DNA from: Rhynchopus sp. YZ270_cl-10
Lineage: Eukaryota
NCBI GenBank assembly: GCA_964035575.1
Contig: OZ037836.1
Span: forward strand, 310,001 to 374,000
DNA length: 64,000 nucleotides
Reading direction: 5' to 3'
Both the position numbers and the translations under genes were made by a program. The notes beneath the pieces are model-generated. The model saw nothing but the letters and a program-made list of their open reading frames with translations, had not been told where the DNA came from and made no database searches. Positions 18,561-29,715 of the stretch are shown piece after piece (position 1 is the stretch's first letter; each line of letters opens with the position of its first letter).

Positions 18561-21446
18561 TTAATACGACCCTCCTTCTCGCCTCTGGTCCGTGTCGCGG
18601 GGGCGGCTGTTCTCGTCCGTCGTCGTATCCTTCTTCTCCTCACCGCCATCTGCACGACGATCTTGAGCGTTCCTGGCCTTGTCCTTGGCCTCGCGAGCTG
18701 CCTTCTTCAGCGCCTCGTTCTCCTCCGTGAGCCGCTTGCTCTCCGCTGCCAGCTGCACATTCTGCTCCTTGCACTGCTGCATCGTCTCCTTCATCTCAGC
18801 ACAGTCTGCTCTGAGCTGTTCCATGCCAAGAGGCTGCGGCGGCTGCTCGACTGGTGCCGACTGCTGCGGTTGTCCCATCATCCGCTTCTGTGCCTCCAAC
18901 ATTTCCTTCTGCTGTTCCATGACGCCCTTCATCATCTCCCGCAATTCCTTCATTTCCTTCTTCATCAGCTCGATCTCTTCCTGCGCTGCTGATGAAGCTG
19001 CGGGAGGTGCCGGAGCCGCCGGTGCCCCTGTTGCAGGGTGGGGCCGAGCTGCAGGTGGTGCGTATCCCCTCGCCTTAGCCGCCCACGTGCCAGCGCCGCT
19101 CTCTGCTGCTCCTTGCCTCGGTACTGGGAACTGCGCCAGAGGGAAACCCCACGGATTCGCACCCACCTTCTGCACACGACGCCCTTCCTTCACCGCACAC
19201 ACCGTCAACACCAATCCACCCACCTCCAGCACCCCTTCTGTGCTCGGGCACGGCACATCCGACGTAACCGTCCACTTGTGCCCTCGCGACAGCACCTTCA
19301 CCGTCCAGCTCGCCTCTCTCGCCAGCCCCTCACACAACAGCTGGACCGACGTGTTCGCCGGAATTCCCCCAATCTCGTATCTGTGTCCCTGCACGACGAC
19401 GTCCTCCTGCACAAGAAGCCTCTTCGCAGCCTCCAAGTCCCCCTTCATGACACGCACCGCGTAGCCCCCTTCCCCTACGGCGAGTCCGCGCACGCTATCC
19501 TCCAGGTTCTCCTCCGCAAGGTCCAGCCGTGCCAGAGCAGACTCCAGCGGTTCCGCCTTCCACAACAACCCACAGTCCCCGTACTCCTTTGCCTGGAAGA
19601 GGTGCCGCACAAACACCCCTTCCCGTCCGCTTCTCTTCAGCATGGCGCACACCATGTCCTCCGTCACGTCCACAGACATCTCCATCCATCCTCCTTTCTC
19701 CAAGCCGCGTCCACACCGCACCCCCTGCAACCCGTACCACCGACGCATGCGTTGCTCTCCCTTTGTGCGTCCTTCTCCCGCCCTGATGAGGGTCCGGCCC
19801 ATCAGCGTAACCAGCTTGCTCGTGAACGCAGTACTCTCCTCCACCGGCTTCACCACCTTGTCCAGGTCCGACGTCATGGTGCCCAGCCAGACTTCCTCCA
19901 TACGTGCGCCTCGGTCGGTCCGCACTGCCACCTTCACCTTCCTTGTACGTGTCGCACCTGTGCACTTCGCGCGTGAGACAAGCACCACCTGGGGGAGTGT
20001 GTGCAGCAATTCCAACCCCTGCACGAGTTCACCCGACCACGCAACTGCCGCCACCTGCGTCACCCCTTCCACAATATCAGGTACTGCCTCCCACACCGGA
20101 ATTTTCCACCCTGGAGAGTCCAAGACTAAGTTCAGCGGGGCCTCCGCATCCGTGCGCACCGATGGCGCCTTCTTCCTGCCCGTCACAGCCGTGCCCGGCA
20201 CGTGCAACTGCGGTTGCCCCACTGCGCACATGATCTCCTCGCCCGCCTGCAGCCCTGCCGACGTCACTGCACCGTAGTGCACTCCTCCCTCGTACGCCAG
20301 AACGATGTCTGACTCCCGGAACGCCAGGTTCGCCTTCTCCGCTGACCCCTCCTTCAATGCCCCGTCCGTTTGCCCGTCAATCACTGTAGCCCTCAGCACA
20401 TTCCCCGGCCCGACGTCCATCACCACAACACGGGTCCGCATCGCCCTCGCAATCGCGTGGAGACACAGATGGTCCCCCCACGTCCCCAGCTGCGCCATCG
20501 CGGCCAGATACCCCTCTGCCCCCGCTTCCCCTTCGATGAATGGGCTGTAAAACGCCGCATCCTTCCTCATCACCCCCACCGCCAGCTTGCGGAACCCTGC
20601 ATGCCCGTTCGGGGACGACTCCGCAGACCACGCCACTGATCGGAAGAGACAGTCCCCTTTGCCCCCGCACTCCTCCCATCTCATACCCCAAGGCTCCAAT
20701 AACCCCTTGATCCCTGGCTGCGTCGTCGGCGCCTGCTTCTCCGCCGTGCATCCCCTTGCGGCGTAGCTACCACCTGCCACCAGCGTCGCGCTCGACTCCG
20801 CTGCCGTCATCCCCTGTCCCGCCCTCGCACTGTGCAACACGGAGACCTGTATCCCCCTCGTCTTGAGGTTGGATACCATCGATCTCACCTTCTCCAGTCG
20901 TGGCCTGAGCAGCTGCGAGTCGCACGGTTGCCCCGCGGATACCTGCTTCCACACCTGCAGATGCGACACCCACACCCGTGCATGCACCCCTTTCTTGTAG
21001 GATCCGTCCGTGACACCTCGCAGCCCCAAGAGGATTCCTTCGTATGCCGCCTCCGCCTTCGTCACTCCTGCCAGTCGCTTCGTCAACTCCCAGTGCGTCA
21101 CCGGCTCGTCCTCCGTTGCTTCACGTGCCAGCGCACACAGCCCCGTCGCGTCCCGCACCTTCTCGCCAGGCGCGACCCCAACGAAGATGTCGGGGTCTCT
21201 CTTCTCGTCGTCGTCAGCTGCACGCTTCATGCCTCCAGCACCCGGGTACAGCAGTTGGTGCCCAATAGCCCTGTGCGCCAGCTCAGCTGCCGACGTCGTC
21301 TCCTCGCTGCACCTGCAGTTCCAGGAATCGCAACACACAGGCGCCGGCGGGTGTGGGGTCCATTTGGCCGATCCGTGTGACGGATCGTTGCCCGGGATAC
21401 TCCGCGTGGAGGCTGGACGTGACTTCGACACCATGTACGAAAACAT
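18561..21446 (-). CDS. A2 ORF1 (961 aa), variant with diverged N-terminal half
   Basis: Same architecture as A1 ORF1, with OTU KGDCLFRS...WGDH...HYGAV retained. Confidence 0.88.
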   Translation of the reverse strand: MFSYMVSKSRPASTRSIPGNDPSHGSAKWTPHPPAPVCCDSWNCRCSEETTSAAELAHRAIGHQLLYPGAGGMKRAADDDEKRDPDIFVGVAPGEKVRDATGLCALAREATEDEPVTHWELTKRLAGVTKAEAAYEGILLGLRGVTDGSYKKGVHARVWVSHLQVWKQVSAGQPCDSQLLRPRLEKVRSMVSNLKTRGIQVSVLHSARAGQGMTAAESSATLVAGGSYAARGCTAEKQAPTTQPGIKGLLEPWGMRWEECGGKGDCLFRSVAWSAESSPNGHAGFRKLAVGVMRKDAAFYSPFIEGEAGAEGYLAAMAQLGTWGDHLCLHAIARAMRTRVVVMDVGPGNVLRATVIDGQTDGALKEGSAEKANLAFRESDIVLAYEGGVHYGAVTSAGLQAGEEIMCAVGQPQLHVPGTAVTGRKKAPSVRTDAEAPLNLVLDSPGWKIPVWEAVPDIVEGVTQVAAVAWSGELVQGLELLHTLPQVVLVSRAKCTGATRTRKVKVAVRTDRGARMEEVWLGTMTSDLDKVVKPVEESTAFTSKLVTLMGRTLIRAGEGRTKGEQRMRRWYGLQGVRCGRGLEKGGWMEMSVDVTEDMVCAMLKRSGREGVFVRHLFQAKEYGDCGLLWKAEPLESALARLDLAEENLEDSVRGLAVGEGGYAVRVMKGDLEAAKRLLVQEDVVVQGHRYEIGGIPANTSVQLLCEGLAREASWTVKVLSRGHKWTVTSDVPCPSTEGVLEVGGLVLTVCAVKEGRRVQKVGANPWGFPLAQFPVPRQGAAESGAGTWAAKARGYAPPAARPHPATGAPAAPAPPAASSAAQEEIELMKKEMKELREMMKGVMEQQKEMLEAQKRMMGQPQQSAPVEQPPQPLGMEQLRADCAEMKETMQQCKEQNVQLAAESKRLTEENEALKKAAREAKDKARNAQDRRADGGEEKKDTTTDENSRPRDTDQRREGGSY

Positions 21447-21486
21447 TGTTTATATTCTTTCTTTTTGTGTACGTTGTGTGTATCCC
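21357..21486 (-). ncRNA. HDV-like ribozyme candidate at A2 5' end
   Basis: Same fold as A1. J4/2 is GCCAAA and one terminal P2 pair is lost. Confidence 0.78.
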
Positions 21487-22316
21487 TCGAGGGTGGTTAA
21501 GCTCTGGCATCCGGTAAGAAAGTCGCAATCAATCTGCGTCACATTGTTGAGGGGTGATAAATCCAGGCTCGATAAGTTCTTGCAGTCCGCAAGGAAGCAC
21601 GCACCGACCTGCGTCACGTCGCTGAGTGGAGATAAATCGATGCTGGTTAAGCTCGTGCAGTTGGCAAGAAAGCTGTGATCAATCTGCGTCACGTTGCTGA
21701 ATGCTGACAAATCGATGTTGGTTAAGCTGATGCAGAGGAATAGGAACCAATGACCAACATGCGTCACATTGCTGAGCAGAGATAAATCGATAGTGGCTAA
21801 GCTAGTGCAGCAGTAAAGAAATCCTTTACCAATGTGCGTAACATTGCCCAACCCAGAGAGGTCAATACTTGTCAACGAGGTGCACTCCTGCAGGAAGTTG
21901 TCTCCAATGTGAGTCACAATGGACTCAGCACTGAGATCAAGTCTCGTCAACGAAGTGCCTGTCAAGAACCCAGCAGGAATGACAGTCGCAACCTCCGCCT
22001 GCAGAAGCAAACACGCAACCTCAGGATCATCCACATCCTCCAACGCCTCTGCCGTGATGTCTGTCACACCCAACGCATGAAGCTCTGCAATGGCTTCGTA
22101 CTTCTGTGTTTTTGTGAGGATGATTGTGTCACCAGCACTCAGCTGCGTCATGTCCGCTCCTTCTCCCATCGCTTCGTCTCCGAAACTCATGCAAAAGCCG
22201 TCTTCAGGCAACCCCATTGCAGACGCCACCTTCCGCCGCAAGCCCTCCACTGTGTCATCTGCACCCACCTCGACTGTGTGCTGATTCGTGTCGAAACCCT
22301 TGATGTTCAGGTCCAT
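21487..22316 (-). pseudogene. 5' half of NLS-type UBL-LRR gene split by A2
   Basis: MDLNIKGFDTNQ UBL plus LDLSPL LRRs to GCQSLTTL, then reads into the element (EGYTQRTQKERI*). Confidence 0.9.
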
Positions 22317-24211
22317 ATCTTTGTCGTGGTTTTGTGTTCTGATCTCTGTGTGTGGTGGGGTGTGGAGGACAAACCGAACCTTGCCCCTCGCCCCTCTCCC
22401 CGACCCACAACCCACAACCCCCGACTTCAGATCTCTCTCCTCTCCATCCCCTCTCCCTGAACCAGCGCCCTTCACAGACGTTCCCTCCTCACGAAAGCAA
22501 ACCCACCTTCCCCTGCCCCTCTCACGCTCCGTTACCTGCACTGTTCTGCACAGCCTCCACGCTCTCTCACCCCATGCAAGGATGCACGCCTAACTAAGTA
22601 CAACGGACGGTGGTGACCATACTGACACCTGCAGCACATCCGCAACCAAACGCCCTACCATGTACTGTGAAATCTTAACGTACACTCTCTGTTGATTCTA
22701 AAACGGGGGAGGGTAAAAAAGGCGTGAAAGGTAAATTGGGGAAGAGGTTGAAAAGTTGGAACGCTTCCTCACCCCAGATCACACACGTGATATGTCACAA
22801 GTGTCATGTCACCGAAAATAAAAACCCTTTCAACAAAACCGGTTTGTTTCCTTCACAACCCTCCTGCATCTCTTCCTCCCCTCCTCCTCCTCCTCCTCCT
22901 CCCCTGTACTGCAAACCAGCCACCTGCAGCTCATCCGCACCAGGTATTCATCATATCGTTTCCGTCACCGCATACACAAACGTCTAACTAACGCTGAGTG
23001 GTACACTCCACAGAGGCTCGTTAGTCCTGAGCAAAGTCTATCACTGCCGCCTTCGAGTCGTTGACGATATTTCCAATACATGGTCGAGCAGTAGAGGTAG
23101 CAGGAAGTGTGTGTGTGTGTGGTGCGCAAGAGACAACAAACAGTGAAGGGGGAGAGAGGTCTTTTGTTTTGTTTTTTGAAAGCTTCGTTGTATTAGTGTG
23201 GACACACCCGAGGGAGTGTGCTCCACTATGTGTTCCTTTTGAACTTGGTTACCCTTTGGGTTGCTGAGGCAGGGGGGGTGTTCATGCATTGTTTGCACAG
23301 CGTTAACACGCCGTTGGCAATTTGATTTGCAAGACAGATGCTAACTGACAAAGTTACACAACGTCAGAAATGTTAAAATGGGTGGCTGTCGACATCATAT
23401 GGGTGATCAACAAACATCAAACAACGAAATCTTAATGTACACACTTTGTTGATTCTAAAAACGGGGTGGGGAAAAAATCGCGAATAGAAAAAATGGGTGA
23501 GATATTGAAAAGTTGGAACGCTTCCTCACCCAGATCACACACTCACGATATGTCACAAGTGTCATGTCCCCGAAAAAATAATAAAACCTACATTCCCGAA
23601 CTTTTCTACTGACGTGATTTTCATTGGACGCATCCAACGAATATATAAAGAAAGGGGGTATTTCATTTTACTTTATTTTTCCTTCCTTCAAAACTTCACA
23701 CACAACGCTTTTGGTTTTTGGGAGACACACAAGGTGCCAGGTAAATTTATTTTTGTAAAATAAAGTTCCCAATGTAGTGTCGTACTCGCGTGTTAGCAGT
23801 GCTGTATTTTTATTGTCCCTTTGTCCAAAAATCTCTCGTTTTCTATTTGAATGCTTTGTCTGACTTTCTTATTTTTCTTCGTTTTGACAAATTTGAACTT
23901 TCTTTGTTTTGGTTGTTATGAGATACGCTCAATCGACACCGAGTTTCTTGTGAATACAATGTACATCCTTTTCATGTGTATCCAGGGAAAACTGTACGTG
24001 ATGCCGGGGGAAATTTTTGAAAAAAAAGGTGACATTGAGAGAAAACAAAACAACGCGCTGTGTGAAAAAACCAAGTGTCTCTCTCTGTGAGATATTTTTA
24101 CCTTTTTTTTGATAAATTGTTGGAGTAGTGTAGTTGCCTCGGTTGTGTTGCCACAGTTGTGCAATCTCCACTGTCGTTTTTTTTTTTGTTGTGTGTGGGG
24201 GGAGAATAAAT

Positions 24212-25477
24212 TTAGACTCTTCCGTTGTTTGCGGCACCTTCATGCTCGGGGGATTCGTCTCTGCTGCGTTTAGGACGTTCTTCAGCCACAAGCTTCCTCA
24301 GCTGCCAGTTGCCTTCGCGCACTCGACTGGACACAACGCTACTGCAGCCGGCGAGGTGGATGCTCCTCAACGAAGTGTAGTGCTCAGCTCGCAGTGGAGC
24401 AAATTCCGTAACATTGCTGAGTGGCGACAAGTCTAACACACTGAGGCCGTTGCAATTGGCAAGAAAGCTTGGACCAATTTTTGTAACATTGCTGAGTGGT
24501 GACAAATCCAGCACTGTGAGGCTGCTGCAGTCGTACAGAAAGTCTTCATTAATTTGTGTAACATTGCTGAGGGGAGATACGTCCAGCACTTTGAGGCTGG
24601 TGCAGGCGTACAGAAATCGTTCAGAAATTTGAGTAACGTTGAGTGGAGATACGTGCACCGCTCGGAGGCTCCTGCACCTGGCAAGAAAGCTTGGACCAAT
24701 TTCTGTAACATTGCTGAGTGGTGATAAGTCCAGAACTTTGAGGCTCATGCAGTAGGAAAGAAAGTTACTACCCAGCCGTGCAACACTGATGAGTGGAGAA
24801 AGGTCCAGAACGTTAAGGCTGCAGCAGTTGCCAAGAAAGCTTTTCGCAATTTCTCTCACATTGCGGAGTGCAGATAAGTCTACTGCTGTGAGGCTCGTGC
24901 AGTTGAGAAGAAAGAAGCCTTCAAGTTGTGTGACGTTGCTGCATGGCGGTAAGTGCAACACTGTGAGGTTTTTGCAGTTGGCAATAAACTTGCTCCCAAT
25001 TCGGTCCAGACGTGTCAACCCAGACAGGTCGATGTTCGTCAACGTTGTACAACCGTACACAAACTCATCGCCAACCTCACTCACGCACGACAAAGCACTC
25101 AGATCAAGTGTTGTTAATGATGAACCCGACAAGAATCCTTTCGGAATGACAGTCGCAACCTCCGCCTGCAGAAGCAAACACGCCACCTCAGGATCCTCCA
25201 CCTCCTCCAACCTCTCTGGTGTGATGTTTCTCTCACCCAACGCATGAAGTGCTGCTATGGCTTCGTACTTCTGCGTTTTTGTGAGGTTGATTGTGTCACC
25301 AGCACTCAGCTGCGTAATGTCCTCTCCTTCGTCCTTCCCTCCGAAGCCCATGTGGAAGCTGTCCTCAGCCAACCCCACTGCAGACGCCACCTTCTGCCGC
25401 ATCGTCTCCGTTGTGTCGTCCACACCAACCTCGATCACATACGAGTTCTCATCGCACGCCTTGACCGTCACTTCCAT
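24212..25477 (-). CDS. UBL-LRR protein, SPL-type repeats, variant basic tail
   Basis: Starts MEVTVKACDENSY, has about 10 LRRs and ends RPKRSRDESPEHEGAANNGRV. Confidence 0.88.
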   Translation of the reverse strand: MEVTVKACDENSYVIEVGVDDTTETMRQKVASAVGLAEDSFHMGFGGKDEGEDITQLSAGDTINLTKTQKYEAIAALHALGERNITPERLEEVEDPEVACLLLQAEVATVIPKGFLSGSSLTTLDLSALSCVSEVGDEFVYGCTTLTNIDLSGLTRLDRIGSKFIANCKNLTVLHLPPCSNVTQLEGFFLLNCTSLTAVDLSALRNVREIAKSFLGNCCSLNVLDLSPLISVARLGSNFLSYCMSLKVLDLSPLSNVTEIGPSFLARCRSLRAVHVSPLNVTQISERFLYACTSLKVLDVSPLSNVTQINEDFLYDCSSLTVLDLSPLSNVTKIGPSFLANCNGLSVLDLSPLSNVTEFAPLRAEHYTSLRSIHLAGCSSVVSSRVREGNWQLRKLVAEERPKRSRDESPEHEGAANNGRV

Positions 25478-25773
25478 TTGTCTTATGTTTTTTGTGTCGC
25501 TCTGTTGTGTGGTGTGGTTGTAGGCTGGCACTGAGTCACATAGAACAACGCCCAACCCCAGGAGGCCATGGTAGAAGTGACAGTTGTGTGGTGTCGTTGT
25601 GAGTTGGGGAAAACAGCGGTGAGAACCGCTCTCCAGGCTCATACTGAGTCACGTCGAAGAACCTTCTACGAGGCAACGGAAGAAGTAATAAGAAGTGCTA
25701 GGGTTTGTCAACAGCATTACACAAAAAAGGAGGGTCACGAGAGGTGTGGTTGTGGGCTGACATGAGTCACATA

Positions 25774-26712
25774 CAGTCCCGCCTCTAATTAGTGAATTTC
25801 TAATTTATAAATTCGACCAAATCTGAAAATATTTAATTAGCGACTTTATAAATTAGAACGTCGCTAATTAAGATTTTATAAATTACAGCTTGCCCACCCA
25901 AATCCCAGTCTAAATCTCTACCAGACTCTCTGCATCTTTCTCTCATTTTCGATCATCATGTCTGTCTCCACCACGGAATGAACAAAAAAATGACAGCAGG
26001 CTGTCCTCACTGCCCCGGAGATTGTCACCATCACAGACAACGACATGGCGGATGACAGAGAAGTTGAAAGTGCCAGCGCCTCACCGTTCATCGGCGGACG
26101 CAGGCACTGATGACAGACCGCACGCTGATGTGATGGCGTGGTGGAATGACGCTCACCCAGGACGCCATATTCCTGCTCCCACCATCTCCAAGTACAACAC
26201 CCACAAAAAGAGAGCGGTTCGTACTTCACCCAAGGCTCTTGTGAACCCCGAGGAGCTGAAGAGGTTTCTCAACCTTACGGGAATACCCGCAAGTTCGGCT
26301 GGGCCATAACAGCCAATCGATTTGCGTCGCTTGCGAGGGGGATGGTGGTGAAGACGAGGCGGGACACGCCTCGGTGTAACCGACTCCTGGTGTCCAGGTC
26401 TTTTCATCTCGTGGGTGAAATAGACCATAAATAGACCATATGGAGGCGAACGGCATGCGCGTACGCACCGTTTTTTACTTCCGTGTATCACTGATTACAC
26501 ACCTCCTTTTCCACATATTCCTCCAACAGAACCCACACAAACCCCGTCGTCACTTGTGCAGGCAAAAAAAAATTTCGGCTCCGCCGGGGAAAATAAATTC
26601 AATAACTTATTAGTATTCCCCCGAAAAATAAATTAATTCACGACTTTATAAATTAGAACGTCACTAATTAGGATTTTATAAAATAAAACGTTATTAATAA
26701 TAGGCGGGACTG
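25774..26712. mobile_element. Non-autonomous Tc1/mariner-pogo-type DNA transposon (939 bp)
   Basis: Termini CAGTCCCGCCT...AGGCGGGACTG flanked by TA. A paralogous empty site gagtcacaTAcaagaaccctc lies near 29777. Confidence 0.85.
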
Positions 26713-27676
26713 TAGAAGAACCCTCAACCCCTCTAGGAGGCCATGGTAGAAGTGACCAGAAGTGCCAGGATATGCAGTTTGGAGCTTGTCAATAGCATTA
26801 CAGAAAAAAGGAGGGTCGCGAGAGGTGGGAGGAGGAGGAGGGGGTGTCTGACTTCTGTCTTTTTGGGCCAAGTGCAACATTGTTTCTGGCATGTCGCCGG
26901 AAGCAACAGTGTTGCATCAAAACAAAAAAGAACAAAACAAAACACGAAGATGGCAAGCCTCCCAAACCGCTTGAAACCAAAACTGAAAAAGGGAAAAAAG
27001 GAAAAAGGTAAGGGGCGGGTAAAAACAGACACGCACAGCACCTGAACATATGATAAAAACAAGTAAGTGATAACAGTGATTATCTTTCTTATGTATTCTT
27101 TTTATGAAAACTTAGTTGTCTCAGTCTAGACACCCGAGGATGTGTTCCACTGGACAAAACGCTTTTCCGTAACTGTTGATTATCTTCTTTTTCTTATTTC
27201 TGTAACTGGAATCTGTTTCTCTCCGATCGTTTTCGTAATATCTACACGTTGATTTTTGAATTGCAATAAAATCAAAAGTAAAAACCAAACCACCAACAAC
27301 CACAATAACCAGATTAAGAAGAAAAAGAAAATAGAAAACAAAACAAAACAAAACAAAACACACTACGGTTCTATGCAGCCTGGTCGTACATCTTCCTCAT
27401 GACCGGGTGGCAGGTCCTCTCCAGCTTCCTCTGGGAGGACTGGAACTCCTCCTTGGTGGCCTCAGTGCCGCAGAGCTCGAGGGCACCGTTGCAGGCGTCC
27501 ATGACCTTCTTCTTGTCGTCGTCGCCGACAAGCCCGCCGGTTCTGTCGTCCATGAGGGTGGTGACCATCTGGTAGGCGTAGGTCTCGAGCTCGTGTCTGG
27601 CGTCGACACGCTCGCGTGCCTGCTTGTCGGCCTCGGCGAACTTCTCTGCGTCGTTGCACATGTCGTCAATCTCCTT
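26713..27676. repeat. Segmental duplicate of 29779..30734 (HSP70 3' end plus downstream spacer)
   Basis: Near-identical sequence read directly. Confidence 0.92.
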
Positions 27677-28185
27677 GAGAGAAAGCCGTCGCAAAGTTGC
27701 GTCACATTGCTCCACCCAGATAAGTCAACAGTGCGCAATGAGCGGCAGTCGGAGAGAAAAAAATTCCTGATTACAGCCACACCTGGAACACCACTGAGAT
27801 CAAGTTCTTCGAACGTGCCACGTCTCAGGCAGTCGGAGGGAATCTCAGTAACAACTTCTGCACGCAGAAACAAATGAACCAGCTTGGGATCTGTCAGACG
27901 TTCGAACCTCTCTGCAGTGATGTCGGTCTCACCCAAGTCACGAAGAGCTGCAATGGCGTCGTCCTTCTGCGACTTCGTCTTCGTCAGCACAACTGTGTCC
28001 CCAGCACTCAGCTGCGTGATGTAGTCTCCTTCGGCCAGCAGCTTCCCTCCGAAGCTCATGTCAAAGCCGTCTTCGCACAACTCTGCTGCAGACGCCACCT
28101 TCCGCCGTATGTCCGCAGTTGTATCATCCACATCCACCTCGACTGTGTACTTCTCTCCGTCAAAGCTCTCCACACATATTTCCAT
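27371..28185 (-). pseudogene. Chimera of truncated UBL-LRR gene and HSP70 3' end (out of frame)
   Basis: The LRR ends at LCDGFLS near 27676, where the HSP70 sequence KEIDDM...MYDQAA begins in another frame. Confidence 0.85.
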
Positions 28186-28725
28186 GGTTTTGTGTCTCTC
28201 TGTTTGGTGTTTTGGGTGGGCATTTTGTGATGGGACGGGAGGGATAGGAAAGTGCCAAAAGTACTAAAACCTGCAAAACAGATTATTTTATGAAAACCTT
28301 GTCTCAGGACACGACACACACCCACAAAATAAAATCTGTTCGATAAAATAAACGCGAGCTCCTTGTTTTATCTTGTTCATAAAAACCATCCTGAAAAACA
28401 AGAGTGTCTTGCACAGGACTTGCTCTGAACGAGGTAATTCCACCATGGCGTATGCAAGACTACTTCACACAGATCCATTCTTCAGTTTTCCTATCACTAG
28501 GCACTCATCACTGACTGACGATGCTACACAACGTCTATAAAAAAGCATTTGCACCATTTTCGAAATTTTTGTGCGAGTTAGAAAAAAAATACGAAAGTAC
28601 AACAGATGCTCAAAAGCCAAGAATTTTTGCGTCAACAAAGAGGTAACAACAACGCAACAGGAGCTGCGTTGCTAACACTGAACATAAACAGACCACAAAA
28701 AGACACTCCTTGGCAGATGCATCAA

Positions 28726-29715
28726 TCACATGCACACGCATCTGGGCTTCTCACGAGCCTTGTCCACACGTCCGGACACAATACTGCTCGATCTGGAAAC
28801 GTTGATACTGCATCTACTAAAGTTGCATCCGACAAGAAAGTCGACCCCAACATGCGTCACATTCGACCACCCAGATAAGTCCAGCGAGGCCAACGAAGTG
28901 TTGCGGTAGAGAAACTGGTTCCCTACCTGCGTCACATTATCCCACCCAGACAAATTAAGCTCTGTCAATGAGCAGCAGCCATAGAGGAAGCTCCTGCCTA
29001 CCGCTGTCACGTTGTTCCACCCAGAAAGGTCTAGCGTCCTCAACGAGACGCACTCGGTCATGAAGAAGGCCTCAATGAGCGAGACGCTTTTCCACCCTGA
29101 CAGGTCAACTGTACGCAAGGCGGTGCACTTCCCGAGGAAGTGGTTCCCTACGTGGGTGATACTGCTCCACCCAGACAAGTCCAGAGTAGTCAACAACGTG
29201 CAGCCGTGGACAAAGGCGAATCCCACGCGCCGCACATTGTCCCACCCTGACAGATCGACTGCCGTCAACACCCTGCAGCTCTGGCGGAGGAAGAAGCTGC
29301 CGACGTCAGTCACACACGACACATCACTGAGATCCAGTTCTTGGAACGCGCAATCTTCTAAGAAGCGTTCGCGGAGCACGGTCGCAGCGCCCGCCTGCAG
29401 AAGCAAATGAACCAGTCTCGCATCTGATTGACACTGCTCTAGCCTCTGTGTTGTAAGCTCGGTCTCACCTAAGTCACGAAGAGCTGCAATGGCATCATCC
29501 TTCTTCGTCCGCGCACTCGTAAGTACTACTATATCCCCAGCACTCAGCTGCGTGATGTCCTCTCCTTCGTCCTTCCCTCCGAAGCCCATGTGGAAGCTGT
29601 CCTCAGCCAACCCCACTGCAGACGCCACCTTCTGCCGCATCGTCTCCATTGTTTCATCCACACCAACCTCGATCACATACGAGTTCTCATCGCACCCCTT
29701 GACCGTCACTTCCAT
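28726..29715 (-). CDS. UBL-LRR-CaaX protein
   Basis: Starts MEVTVKGCDENSY, has LDLSGW repeats and ends KPRCVCM. Confidence 0.9.
   Translation of the reverse strand: MEVTVKGCDENSYVIEVGVDETMETMRQKVASAVGLAEDSFHMGFGGKDEGEDITQLSAGDIVVLTSARTKKDDAIAALRDLGETELTTQRLEQCQSDARLVHLLLQAGAATVLRERFLEDCAFQELDLSDVSCVTDVGSFFLRQSCRVLTAVDLSGWDNVRRVGFAFVHGCTLLTTLDLSGWSSITHVGNHFLGKCTALRTVDLSGWKSVSLIEAFFMTECVSLRTLDLSGWNNVTAVGRSFLYGCCSLTELNLSGWDNVTQVGNQFLYRNTSLASLDLSGWSNVTHVGVDFLVGCNFSRCSINVSRSSSIVSGRVDKAREKPRCVCM

Larger units (their letters stand above)
13709..21486 (-). mobile_element. Non-LTR retrotransposon family A, full-length copy A2
   Basis: 19-bp TSD tcgagggtggttaagctct (13690-13708, 21487-21505) and two intact ORFs. 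Confidence 0.97.
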
